DNA of 63,963 bases, counting the filler, from Olpidium bornovanus S191 (Eukaryota > Fungi > Olpidiomycota): assembly GCA_017911155.1 (NCBI GenBank). It is 26 parts of 26 records of this genome, joined end to end, with 100 filler letters (N's around TTAATTAATTAA, not from the genome) between each part and the next. Parts side by side here need not be neighbours in the genome. Positions count along the whole stretch, not along the records: positions 35,635 to 37,043 come from JAEFCI010000480.1; positions 37,144 to 38,831 come from JAEFCI010012114.1; positions 38,932 to 41,432 come from JAEFCI010006615.1; positions 41,533 to 43,174 come from JAEFCI010006585.1; positions 43,275 to 46,349 come from JAEFCI010002204.1; positions 46,450 to 50,278 come from JAEFCI010001967.1; 20 more parts are not named here. One strand, written 5' to 3'. Shown piece after piece: positions 35,699 to 46,601 of the stretch. The position numbers and the translations under genes were made by a program. Under the pieces are notes generated by a model. The model was not told the origin of the DNA. It saw only the letters and a program-made list of their open reading frames with translations, and did not search any database. How positions within the stretch are numbered: the first letter of the stretch is position 1; the number at the start of each line of letters is the position of its first letter.

Positions 35699-36409
35699 CC
35701 GTCCCATTTTTTTTTCCGCAGCCGCGTGGCGCTCCCCCTTCCCCCCTTCCCGCCCCTTCCCGGCCGCCTTTCACAGGCGGGAAAAACGGGGGGGGGGAGA
35801 AGGGGGGGGGGCCTTGGGAGAGCCCGAGGGGCGCTTCCCTGGGGAAGGGGAGAAAGAACAAAAATTAAAGAAACTAAAAAAAAGGGGGGGCTAGGGTTGC
35901 GGCAGGAAGGGGCGGGGGGGCTCGCTGTCTCTCTCCTTCTTCCCCCGGAAAGGGCAAAAAGGGGGGGAGGAGGGAGGGGCGCACGCCCGTTATGACAGGG
36001 CCGGGTCTTTTAAGGGGGGGGGGGTGGGGGGGGGACCAGGGGGGAAAAAGGGGGGGAAAAGGGAGGGGGGGAATAATCCCTCCCGTACTTTTTTCCCTCT
36101 CCCCGTTATTGGCCCTGAAGAACGTAAACGGTTTTTCGGGGTACGGAGGAGCTCTGCTCTGCCGGGGCTGTATTTTCCGCCGCCCTTTTGTTTACTCTAT
36201 ATTTGTACAGAAAGGGGAAACTACGGTCCAGGGGCAGAGAGTGCGCAGTGCCCCCTTTACTTTGCCTTCCCCTTTCCAACACCCCGCCTCACTGGGCACG
36301 CTATCGCCCATGGTCATCTATAAATTCTATGAATCGCCTCAAAGTGCCTTTGGTGTCGTAATCTTGAGGTGGTTTTTTGTTTGCGCTTCCAGGGGTGATT
36401 TTCACGCGG

Positions 36410-37043
36410 TACTTGCCGGCATGCCGATTTGATCGCGGAATTTTGCGAACTTCCAGCGGTCCAATGGTTTGGTGAAGATATCAGCCAGGTTTTCGGCTGT
36501 TCCAACGCGGCAGATCCTGATGCTCCCTTCCGCCGTGCACCAACAGAGATGGTGAAAGCAAATGTCGATGTGTTTGGACCTTTTGGATATCTTTGGTCTG
36601 AGGCCAACTCAGCCGCACCAGTGTTGTCTATCATCAGCCAGGTGGGCCCGACCACTACCTGCAGATCGATTGCCTCGAGGAGGGAACGAAGCCATTTGAT
36701 CTCCTGTGCTGCTGCCGACCCGGCGGCAACCTCAGCTTCGCAGGAGGAAGTGGAGATGCATTTTTGCCGTGCAGATCTCCACAATACCGCGCCTCCCGCG
36801 AGTTGGATTATTATCCTGGTCGTGGATGCCCTCGTAATGCGACATCCCGCACAGTCTGAATCGCTGAATGCTGCGAGTTCATCATTGCCCGAATCCTGTT
36901 CATTGAACCACAGGCCGAGATCCTTGGTTCCAGTGAGGTAACGCATAACTCGTTTAATCGCTCCCCAGTGCCTTTCGGTCGGCGCACTCGTGAAGCGTGC
37001 CAGGAAAAACGTGGCGAATGCCAGATTGGGTCTTGTCATGGTC
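36410..37043 (-). mobile_element. Ty1/copia RT/RNase H C-terminal fragment, frameshifted
   Basis: TRPNLAF, HWGAIKRVMRYL, AFSDSD, VLWRSARQ..ISTSSCEAE, IDNTGA, KHIDI, ENLADIFTKPL. Confidence 0.93.
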
Positions 37044-37143
37044 NNNNNNNNNNNNNNNNNNNNNNNNNNNNNNNNNNNNNNNNNNNNTTAATTAATTAAN
37101 NNNNNNNNNNNNNNNNNNNNNNNNNNNNNNNNNNNNNNNNNNN

Positions 37144-37490
37144 CGGCCAAGTATTCGCACGCGCCGAACCTCGAGGCGAAAACCTTCATGCAGCCGGAGC
37201 AGGCCTATTACGCGCATCATCCGGGCCGCTTCTTCTACGTGAAGGACGAAGAGACGGGCGAGATCTTCTCGGCCCCGCACGAACCCGTGCGCGCGGCGCC
37301 CGACCGCTTCAGCTTTTCCGTCGGCCGCGACGACCTCGCCTGGACCGTCGAAAAGCTGGGCATCCGCATCGACCTGCGCCTGGGCGTCCCGGTCGACGAC
37401 GTCGCCGAGCTGTGGACCCTCACCGTGACGAACGTCAGCGGCCGGCCGCGCAAGGTCAGCGTCTATCCCTACTTCACGATCGGCTACATG
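37144..37490 (+). CDS. Bacterial GH94/GT36-associated (NdvB / cellobiose-phosphorylase-like) N-terminal fragment
   Basis: AKYSHAPNLEAKTFMQPEQAYYAHHPGRFFYVKD...FSAPHEPV...ELWTLTVTN.SGRPR..SVYPYF; bacterial high-GC codon usage; homology stops abruptly at CATG (37487-37490). Confidence 0.75.
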
Positions 37491-37780
37491 GATTCAGGTC
37501 TGCAGAGCACAACCAAATGGTGACCGCACAGTCGGGCTAACAGTGGCTTTGTGATATGGCGGCGAACTACGTTTATCTTCAATCCACGTCAACTGATGCC
37601 GCTTCCTTAGGCACCGCAGGACGTGCCGTTGATGTGTAAAACCGAATGGCCGCTTATGGCCGATCTCGGCCGTTCGGGTAAGCATAGCAGTTTGCCAGGT
37701 TGGAAAATCCACAAACTGTCACGACCGGCCGCTACCGACCCAAACCGGACATTGAAAGGCGCAGCAGATGGCCGGATGAG

Positions 37781-38077
37781 CTATTCGTATAGCTTCCCCA
37801 TGTGAAGAATTTGTGCAGCGCGTTTCCACGCGTTACTCGGCTTTTCGTAGAATCGGAGCCCGCCTATCGACTCATCGCCCCATCTAACAGCTGCGTTCAG
37901 ATACGCGCCAATCGTACCGTTCTCCCATCCATTTGCACCAGGGCCATAAGGGGAACTTGGGTTCGCCAACTCTTTTTGCTGCTCGTCTTCCCAGTCTTCT
38001 GCAAGAGCCTGCACAAATCGGAGAAAGGACTGCTCATCATTCACTGCGTCAAGGATTCCTTCTAATTGTGAAGTCAT
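37781..38077 (-). CDS. Bacterial small acidic hypothetical protein (98 aa)
   Basis: Intronless; VNDEQSFLRFVQALAEDW...GWENGTIGAYL.AA..W...NAWKRAAQILHMGKLYE resembles small immunity-protein-like hypotheticals. Confidence 0.8.
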   Translation of the reverse strand: MTSQLEGILDAVNDEQSFLRFVQALAEDWEDEQQKELANPSSPYGPGANGWENGTIGAYLNAAVRWGDESIGGLRFYEKPSNAWKRAAQILHMGKLYE

Positions 38078-38247
38078 AATGTCGGTTATTTACAGAGGTT
38101 ATTTGGGTGGCGAGGTGACGTTCTTGAACGCTGCTTCTGGCCGATCCCGGCCGTTGGGGACCGCACAACATCGTGCCCCGCTGAAAACTCCACGCACAGG
38201 CACGACAGGCAGCATCCAATCTGGTTGAGACCTCGCGTGGCACACTG

Positions 38248-38535
38248 TTACCGGACCGCCTTGCCAAACACGCGACCATGCCAGTACGTCTGCGGTGCCG
38301 CGAACCAGCCTTCGTTTCTGGGCGTACGGAACTGAGCAAGTTGAGACATCGGTATTCGATAGCGACTGAACAGAGCTAACAGGTCCCTAAGGGACGCCTG
38401 CGACGGGTTCGCTTTGACCACCGATGTATCGTGTTCCCAGCGAAGGACTCCGGGAATCTCCATGGCCCATTCAAACAAATGCTTCTCGTCCAGCCGAGAG
38501 CCAAACCGCACGCCCGAACAGTCGAGATAAATCGT
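38248..38535 (-). CDS. Bacterial small hypothetical protein (~95 aa), probable ACG start
   Basis: GAGGA RBS, then ACG ATT TAT CTC GAC TGT TCG GGC GTG (xIYLDCSGVRFGSRLDEKHLFEWA...LRDLLALFSRYRIPMSQLAQF...YWHGRVFG). Confidence 0.75.
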   Translation of the reverse strand, partial: TIYLDCSGVRFGSRLDEKHLFEWAMEIPGVLRWEHDTSVVKANPSQASLRDLLALFSRYRIPMSQLAQFRTPRNEGWFAAPQTYWHGRVFGKAVR

Positions 38536-39243
38536 TGGTGTCCTCGTTCTTTTGAGTCCGCTTCAGGCCGATATCCGACGGTATGAATAGCGCAGTGTAC
38601 GCGGCTGTTACTCTCGGAGCAACTTCAGGGTGTTGCTACGGATAATGAAAACGAGAACGTCGCGCATCAACCGCGAACACAGTCCCCAAAAAAAACAGGA
38701 CCGGAAGCGATAAGCGACCAGTCCCTAAGAGGAGATATTTGAAGAGTGCGCAGCCCCCCGCGCACCCGCACCGCCTGCCGGCGCCACCGGCTGGTAGCGC
38801 TAACAAGCAATGCTGACAGTGTAACGTTTCCNNNNNNNNNNNNNNNNNNNNNNNNNNNNNNNNNNNNNNNNNNNNTTAATTAATTAANNNNNNNNNNNNN
38901 NNNNNNNNNNNNNNNNNNNNNNNNNNNNNNNTGGAATTCATTGAGGAGCTCATGGTGATTACTAGCCGGAGGACGCTGGGGTTTACCCAACCCGCCGTTT
39001 TTTCTTCTCTTTTTCGCTTTTTCTGTTTTTCTGTTTTTTTTTTTTTTTTTTTTGTTTTTTTTTTTTTTTTTTTGGTTTTCTTTTTGTGTCCCCTTGTTTT
39101 TACGATCTCAGACTTCTCACGAGTGGGCCCGCTTTTTATTTTATTTTAATTTCTCTTTTTTTTTTGTCGAAATGGCCGCTTCATATTTTTTTTTTTTCAT
39201 TTTTGTTCGATTTGCTGTCGTTGTTGCCTTTCGCTATAAGTAG

Positions 39244-41108
39244 GCAACAGTGCGCAACGCCAAGTTATTCAGGCACCCGAACATTCTCCCGCTGTATACA
39301 AGTTTCGTCAATGACGAAGGACTGTGGGTAGTCTCGAAGCCCGCCCACGCCGGTAAGTCGGCCAAATCCTTGGCCCGCTGACGGGCAGAAGCGCCGTTCG
39401 GGGGAAAAGTGGGGGGGGAGGGAGGAGAGGGAGGCAGCAACCGCCAGCTGGCTGTGCGACGAGAAGAGCAGTGCGACTGACCTTTGCGGTTACTGCATAT
39501 ACCCTCTCCATTTCGCCTCCCTCCTCGACGGGCCAAGGCTCGTTCAACAGCCTGCTCAAGTCGCATTTCCCAAGCGGCCTGCCCGAGCCCGCCGTCGCCA
39601 CGGTGGTGCGGAGCGTTCTCAGTGCTCTCGCGTACCTGCACGCGGGGAAGTACATTCACAGGTGCGGGGAGGGACGGACGCGGCCATTTTAACGCGACAC
39701 CTGGATATCTTTTTTTCTTTGGTTTTTTCGTTGGACGCCGCGGTCACCGGTTTGCGAAGGGCCGACTGCGATGGAACCCCCCCCCCTCCCTTACCCCAAC
39801 CCCGCCCCGTTTCTCGTCGGAGTCGGCGGCGGACGCTCACGGGCCCGTGGGGGCGGCACGGGAAAACACAGTGACGTGCGCGCCGAGAACATCCTATTGG
39901 ACAAGGACGGCACCGTGTACCTCTCCGGGTTCCACCAGCTCACGTCGCTGTGCTCCGAGGGGATTCTGCGGAAGTCACACTTTGGTTTCGTCGGCGAGTT
40001 AGAATGGATGGCTCCCGAAGTAACCGTGCAGGTGAGGGCTACGGTCATTTTCGTTGCCCCGCACAACCCGCGGCGGCCGCGCCGCCCAGGATTTTCTTTT
40101 CTCCCCCTCCTTTTTGGGCCCGCGCCGACCGTTTCGATCGTGTGGTGAATTTTGTTGTCTGGCGACACCCAGGATTTTCGTCACGACCAAAAAATTGACA
40201 TCTACAGCCTCGGCATAACGGCTCTTGAGCTCGCATACGGGAGGACGCCGTTTCACGACTGGCCGCCGCTCAAGGTTCGTCCAAGTTTCCAGAACGCCTT
40301 TTTGCGTGCCGGTCGGAAATTTCGCCCCCGTCGTGACCATTTTTTTCTTTTTGCCTTCTCCTTCTGTGCTCCCAGATGCTGCTGTCCAAACTGGAGCACG
40401 AAGTGCCGATGCTGCTGGACGAAGATAAAATCCTTTCCAGGGATTTCTACAGCTTCGTTCTGCTCTGCGTGCAGCGAAACCCGGCGGCCAGGTGAGAAGT
40501 TTTCACGACGTCATACAAAGCGGGGCAGGGCGGTTTTTTTTCTTTCTTGGCCGAGTTCGTTTTGCTTGCTTCTATTGTAACCAGCCTTTCATTCCAAATG
40601 CGCGCCGTTCTCAAAAACAAACAAACAAAAAAAAACACGTCTCAGGCCGACAGCGGCGCAACTGCTCGAGCACTCGTTCCTCAAGCAAGCCCGGACGAGG
40701 GCGTACACCGCGAGCGCGGTGGTCGCCAAGTGTCCCGCCGTGGACCGCAGCTGGGCGGTCTTCGCGGCGCGGGCGCCCGAAGAGCGCGCCGAGGAGAACC
40801 CGACGACGCCTTCGGAGGCGCCGGGCGCGGCGGCCCCGCGGGCCACCAGGACCGCCTCCGCGGTCGGGCCCCCCACCGGCGACATTTCCGCGAACGCCGC
40901 GCCGCCGTACCCGATAAGGTCGTCGGCCGGCTCGCTGAAGTCGAGGGTGAGCCTCTCGAGCCTGACCAAGGCGGCCGCGCTCGTGAGCCAGAGCAACGCC
41001 AAGCTGCCGCCGGCCCCGGCGGCGAAGGGCGGCGGGGCGGAGCAAGCGGCAGCAAGGCCCGAGGTCCTCATGACGCGGGCGCTGGACGACGGCGGCTGGG
41101 TGGTTTAG
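39244..41108 (+). CDS. STE20-family, STRAD-like (pseudo)kinase, 5'-partial
   Basis: LFRHPNILPLYTSFV, GLPEPAVATV, YLHAGKYIH|SDVRAENIL, VYLSGFHQL (DFG replaced), WMAPEV, DIYSLGITALELAYGRTPF..WPPLK|MLLSKL, RPTAAQLLEHSFLKQ. Confidence 0.85.
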
Positions 41109-43328
41109 CGGGTCGCCCGCGTTGTTTTCCCGACAAAACGGAAGGGCGGGCTCTCCATTGTGTTTGACGGCGGGGAGCGGAAGGGTGTGTGCGCGTGTGC
41201 GTGTGTGTCCGCGCCGCGTCGCGGGTGAAGGCGGGGGAGGAGGCGGGGCGGGCCGGTTCGGCGAGCAGCAAACAACGGAATAACAAAAAAAAAAAAAAAA
41301 AAAAAAAAATTAAAAAAAAAAAAAAAAAAAAAAAAATTAAAAAAAACCCCCCCCCCCGCAGCGGAAACCCCCCCACCCCTTTCATCACACACCAAAAAAT
41401 TTCACAAAAAAAAAAAACTCAAAAAAAAAAAANNNNNNNNNNNNNNNNNNNNNNNNNNNNNNNNNNNNNNNNNNNNTTAATTAATTAANNNNNNNNNNNN
41501 NNNNNNNNNNNNNNNNNNNNNNNNNNNNNNNNCTGGTAAAAGATGTTTGACTCTCGAAAAGTGAGTAATTTTCCCGGATTTTAAGCCGGGAGCACACTGG
41601 AACCGCCCTCGGCCGTGTCTATGCCACTTGCCGGCCGTGCCTATGTTCACATGTCGCTGTCGGTATTGCGCATCGCCGTTGATAAGTGAAGCCATAGCCA
41701 TCATCGTCATCTGCTTCCACAATACAGTCACAGGGGCGACGAAAGGGGACCGGCGACCTAGTTTTCCGGACACGTTGCCGAGAAAGGAAACTGTGTTGTG
41801 CCATATCACGCGAAAAAAAAACCCCCCGGCCAAATTACCTGTACCCGCCAAATGCCCGCCCTCGCACGTGTTGACCTCTCGCCGTGCGCAGCTCAAGCCC
41901 GCTTTCGCGGTCGCCGGCCTCTCTGTTCCTGCTCTCAACGAGGTTCGTCTCCCACCCTTGCCCTCGCCGGTAGTTCGCGGTCGCACGAGCTTTGACGAAT
42001 GACTTTTTGGAGAGCCGGCGCCACGATACGCGTCGGCCGCATTGGCCTCAGAAGAGTGCTGATGGTATCAACGACGCGCCATCAATTTTCGGAGCCGTAC
42101 TTGATTGTAGTTCCAGCATTGCGACATTCCCTTGAGCCGCGCGGCTGCCGGCGGCGCCCTCGCAACGGACGGGGAGACGGAGCCAAATTCCTTTGACACA
42201 CCACGCAAAACCGATGGAGGGGGAGGGGGGGGGTAATCCAAGCCCGCCCCCCCGGAATCGCCGGGCAGCGCCCCGTTCCCGCATCCGTGGCGCGAACGGT
42301 GCGGGAAAGACGGCGCCCGCCTGGCGCGCTCTCTCCGTCGACTTTCGGGAGCGAGGAAGGGCACTCCGCGGCCCCGCTTTGTCGCGTGCGCCCCGGGCGT
42401 TGCGCCACGTCGAAGGGCCCCAACGCACCACAAAAGCGACTGCGACCGCTCGAACGGGGTAAACTGTCGGACAGAAGCGCGCGCGGCAGTGCGGCCTCGA
42501 GAGGAGAGCCTGCGCAAAGCACGGCAGGGGCAACGTTTGCGACGGAGGTTGCCCGCTTTGATCCTGAGCACCCGTCCCTCGGGAAACCAGCCCCTCTCGA
42601 CGCCACCCCAGTCGAATGCAGTCACCCGTGTTTTTTCAGGTTTTTTTTTTCTGGCCTCTCGTTACTCGCTTTGTGTGAAGAATGCGAATGGTCTGGGCGA
42701 CCCGCCCTTGCACACCGGCCGGCCTCCGCTCGAGAAGCCGTGGCGGTACCCCTGCACCGGTCGGGAACCGCCTGTGCCCGTTATTGGTGCAGGGAACCAC
42801 GCGCCAAATCGGAGCCGTCGTCGCGCCACGAGACGCCTTCGTGGGTGTTGCGCGGGCTGCTGTGCTAAGGGGTGAACTTCCTTGTGACGACATTGTGGGA
42901 CCCCACCTGGAATTACATCAAGCGCGGCGCCCTGTCCAGAACCGCCCGGCGGTGCTCATACTGTAGATGCTTCCGGTTTTGACAGGGCCGGCTGATTGGC
43001 GTAACGTAGCAGTCGGCCCCCACACGGCAGCGTTAGCAGCCGCAGGCTCTAATCATGGCGAGTTGTCTACCCAAGGAGCCCAGGAGAAGATGGATGGTGG
43101 AGAGAGAAACAATATCCGGTTGGGGGAGGTGCTGGGCCGGAGAAAAACACAATATTTGCCAAATACACATCAAANNNNNNNNNNNNNNNNNNNNNNNNNN
43201 NNNNNNNNNNNNNNNNNNTTAATTAATTAANNNNNNNNNNNNNNNNNNNNNNNNNNNNNNNNNNNNNNNNNNNNAGACGAGGGGGGGGGGGGGGGGGGGT
43301 GGGGGGGGGGGGGGGGGGGGGGGGCCCC

Positions 43329-43362
<34 letters not shown>

Positions 43363-46146
43363 CGTGCGGGTTTTGAGCTCCTCTCCTCCCTCGCCCGCCC
43401 ATTTCCTCCTCAGACGGACCGCGGACGAAAACACATCAAACCCACACGCGTGGACTCCGGCCATGCCGGGGGGCCCGCCGTCGTCGCGAACGGCCGCACG
43501 CTCGGGGACGGGCGCGCCGGCTTCCCGCAAGCTCGCGGGGCCGGAGGGCGTCGCGGCGTTGGCCACCCCAGGGAACGCCGTGGCCGCGTCGCCGCCACCT
43601 GCGAGCAGCGCCGACCCCACCGACAACGCCGCCCGCCCCGGCCCAACTGCCCGGCGCTAGGCGGCAGTCGCAGCCCCAGACAGAGGACTTTCTTTTTCCC
43701 CGCAGGCGTCAGAAGACGCAGCGTCCACTTCCGGAGGCGGCGAGGGGGGGGAGGAAGGGGAGAGAAGGAGAAGGTGCGGCACGGTGCGGGGCTCACGTTC
43801 GGAGCGGGTGCGTCGGGCGCGGCTGCGGTGTTCGGCGCCCGGCACGGCGCCGTTTGGTGTCCCGCTTGCGCCCAACGACGCCCGTCGGCCACAACTCCAC
43901 TCGCTGGCTCCGTGAGTAAGTTGCCCGCCGCGCCAGTGACGACGACTGCCAGCAGACCCGCGGTGCACTCGCGCGGGTCAGCCGCACCGTTCTCGTACAC
44001 GAGCCGCCGGCCTCAGGGGCCGTTCCCGCTTTTGCCGCAGGGCTCGGCGGCACCTAACTTGTTCAGACCAGGGGAGACCAAGGGAGGAGCTGATAATTTC
44101 CTTCGTGTGAGCCAGCTATTCTTAAATTTGGCTGCTAGTATTACTTATAAGAAAAACGCCAGTTGTTTACGTGCAGTGGATCGCAAAAGTTCACCGGACA
44201 CCTCTGCGCTGAATACAGTTCTTCCCTCGCATAACTTATAACCCCGGTAGAAGCCCCACCCTATAAGTTACGTGCGTGAGCGTGGCTGGGCCGACAACCA
44301 AACCTGAGCAATGTGGAGCCCATGCCGGGCGAGGCGACTGGTGCTGGCGATGTTGGGGGGGCGAAGGCGGTGCCAGAGGACGGGGTAGTGGCGCGTTGTG
44401 GAGAAGACGATTGATGGAGACACGGAGGCCATCATGATGCCGCGAGCGTCGATGAACCGGTCGAAAGTGACATCGACGATGGCCACGGATCAAGAAATGA
44501 CTTGTGCCCGGGAAAGCGATCGTCACTCGTGACCGTGAGTTTTCCCCATATATACTATAAAAAGCCGTCGATGCGCAGGAGAGAGAAGACTTGCCGAAGC
44601 GAGAAACATACACCCGTACTGAGCGGAAAAACCCCCCCGAAACAACCCCGTTTGTCGACCCAAGTCGAGGAGGTATCCCTCAAACCGTCACCCGCCGGGG
44701 GCATCGTCCACGATCGAGGCCTCAGGCGGCTGTGACGACGCGGGTGTGAGGCGGGGAACGGCGTCGAGTGAGACGGACGGGCAAAGGGCGATCCGCGAAA
44801 GACACGGCGATTAGGGCGTGTGGGCCAACGGCGTGGCGACGGGCGAGCTTAAGGGAAACCGCCTTCACGCGGCCAAGGACGCCGAAAGAGCTCCGCCGGC
44901 GGGCCGTCACCACTGCTGGCCCCATATTGACAGAGCCGACCGACAGGCGGGATTCCACCGAGCGGCGCCTTGTTACATCTCAGTAAGACGGCGTTGAAAT
45001 ATTTCGTTTTTTCTCGGAGCGTCATTGTCGAACAAACAGTGTGGCTACCGGCAATCCCAGTTCCCCGGGCGTTCCGTATCCCCCATTCTTGGAAGTAAAC
45101 ATGAATAATTGTGAAAATATCTAGGCATCTCTGGGAAATATGTTCAAGCCGTAAAAATCCGTTGACTTCGACGAGCGACGATAAATAAAAGTTGCAGGTT
45201 TCAGATCTTTGTTTCTATGCTCTTACACTAAAATGATGGCAAACGAGCAAAACAAGCAGGCCATGTGGCGCCGCACAGATTTTGCACCGCTTGCAAGGGT
45301 TATCCGAAGGTAAATAATTCCGACCCCCGATGGCTAACAATTGTTTTTCGTTCTTCCAACATCTCACTGATACTTTACACTACATGACTTGCGACAGGTA
45401 GATAATAAAGGTTGTCAGACTTAGGGACTTTGAATTACAAAAATCAAATTTTGTCACTATTTTTCAAAACTAAATCCACTGCTTTGGGAACGTTTTTGAT
45501 ACTTATTACATAGGAGGGGGAATTGGCTGGCAAAAAAAAAAAAAAAAAATGGAGGGGGGCCCTTCCGACGGAAGTCAGCCGGACAGAGACCGCTGTACGT
45601 TTTGCCTCACCCTCCCAGCAGCAGGCGCGAAAAAGCGCCCGGAACAGACATATGCAGCGCGCATATTCAAATAAGGCGCAGTCTCACAGTTGCTAGAACG
45701 TAAGGGGAGAAAAGAGACGAGTGACGGAGAACGGACCGGAAGAAAGGAAGGGAGGGATTGGTCACGCTTACAAGCGCCGATGTCGTTACGAATTCCGACC
45801 GCCCGCGGTCGCCTCTGCCGCCGATGGCGGAGCTCTCGCTGTAACTGCGCGAGGACGAAACAACCAGGAATCCCAAGCACGGCTCCGCGTTAGCTTTATA
45901 GGTCAAAAGAGTAAATAAACTTTTGCGGACGAATGAAAATTCCACCAGCTCGTTTCCGCCAAAATTCGCGGTTGAAGCCGAGAAATTTGCGGTATGACAT
46001 CTCGCACCCGCCAAAACGTCGCAGAAATTCTGCGATAATCGCGAATAGGCGCAAAAACAGTGACATCCTCTTGGCCTCCCCGGCCCCTTCGCAAAAAAAA
46101 AAAGAAAATGGACGAGGGGGAATGGGAGGAATGTTTCCGGGCGTAC

Positions 46147-46272
46147 CCCAAGGCCGGCGGTCCAACGGGCAGGTTCCTTCGTTGCTGCTGCCGCTGTTGC
46201 TGTCGTTGCTGGAACCCTTGAGCCACTTCTCTATGCAGTGCAGATGGAAGACATGCGAGCACTCTCCCCACG
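46147..46272 (-). CDS. RING-H2 exon of an Rbx1/Apc11-family E3 subunit (gene partial)
   Basis: AG/GT-bounded exon: [41 protein letters not shown]. Missed by the supplied ORF track. Confidence 0.88.
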
Positions 46273-46300
46273 CTGTTTTGCGTGGAGCCGCCGACGGGCG

Positions 46301-46338
<38 letters not shown>

Positions 46339-46601
46339 CCGGCTCCCCCNNNNNNNNNNNNNNNNNNNNNNNNNNNNNNNNNNNNNNNNNNNNTTAATTA
46401 ATTAANNNNNNNNNNNNNNNNNNNNNNNNNNNNNNNNNNNNNNNNNNNNAGCCTTAATCGGCCTTCGATTCAGCGACAATCCCGAGCAGAATGCGGAAGG
46501 GTCCCTAGTGTAGAGTCTGAGATCTGTAAAGCAAATGTGATTTGCCTAGCAGCGGACTCCTCTCCTCATGCCCCGTCGCACCGCCAGGAACAAGCTGGCT
46601 C

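Larger units (their letters stand above)
37644..38584. repeat. Four copies of a ~30-bp imperfect palindromic intergenic repeat
   Basis: 37644 GAATGGCCGCTTATGGCCGATCTCGGCCGTTC; 37723-37753 inverted copy (AATGTCCGGTTTGGGTCGGTAGCGGCCGGTC on minus); 38126 GAACGCTGCTTCTGGCCGATCCCGGCCGTTG; 38554 GAGTCCGCTTCAGGCCGATATCCGACGGTAT. Confidence 0.8.

Noticed and set aside
35635-36300. G/A-rich low-complexity sequence upstream of the copia fragment
   Set aside because: Looks like poor-quality sequence; no interpretable feature.
37644-38584. CRISPR interpretation of the palindromic repeats
   Set aside because: Spacers are 50-450 bp and contain genes; repeats are divergent and one is inverted; no cas genes.
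41533-45900. Several 150-260-aa ORFs on both strands
   Set aside because: No conserved motifs or coherent splice pattern found.
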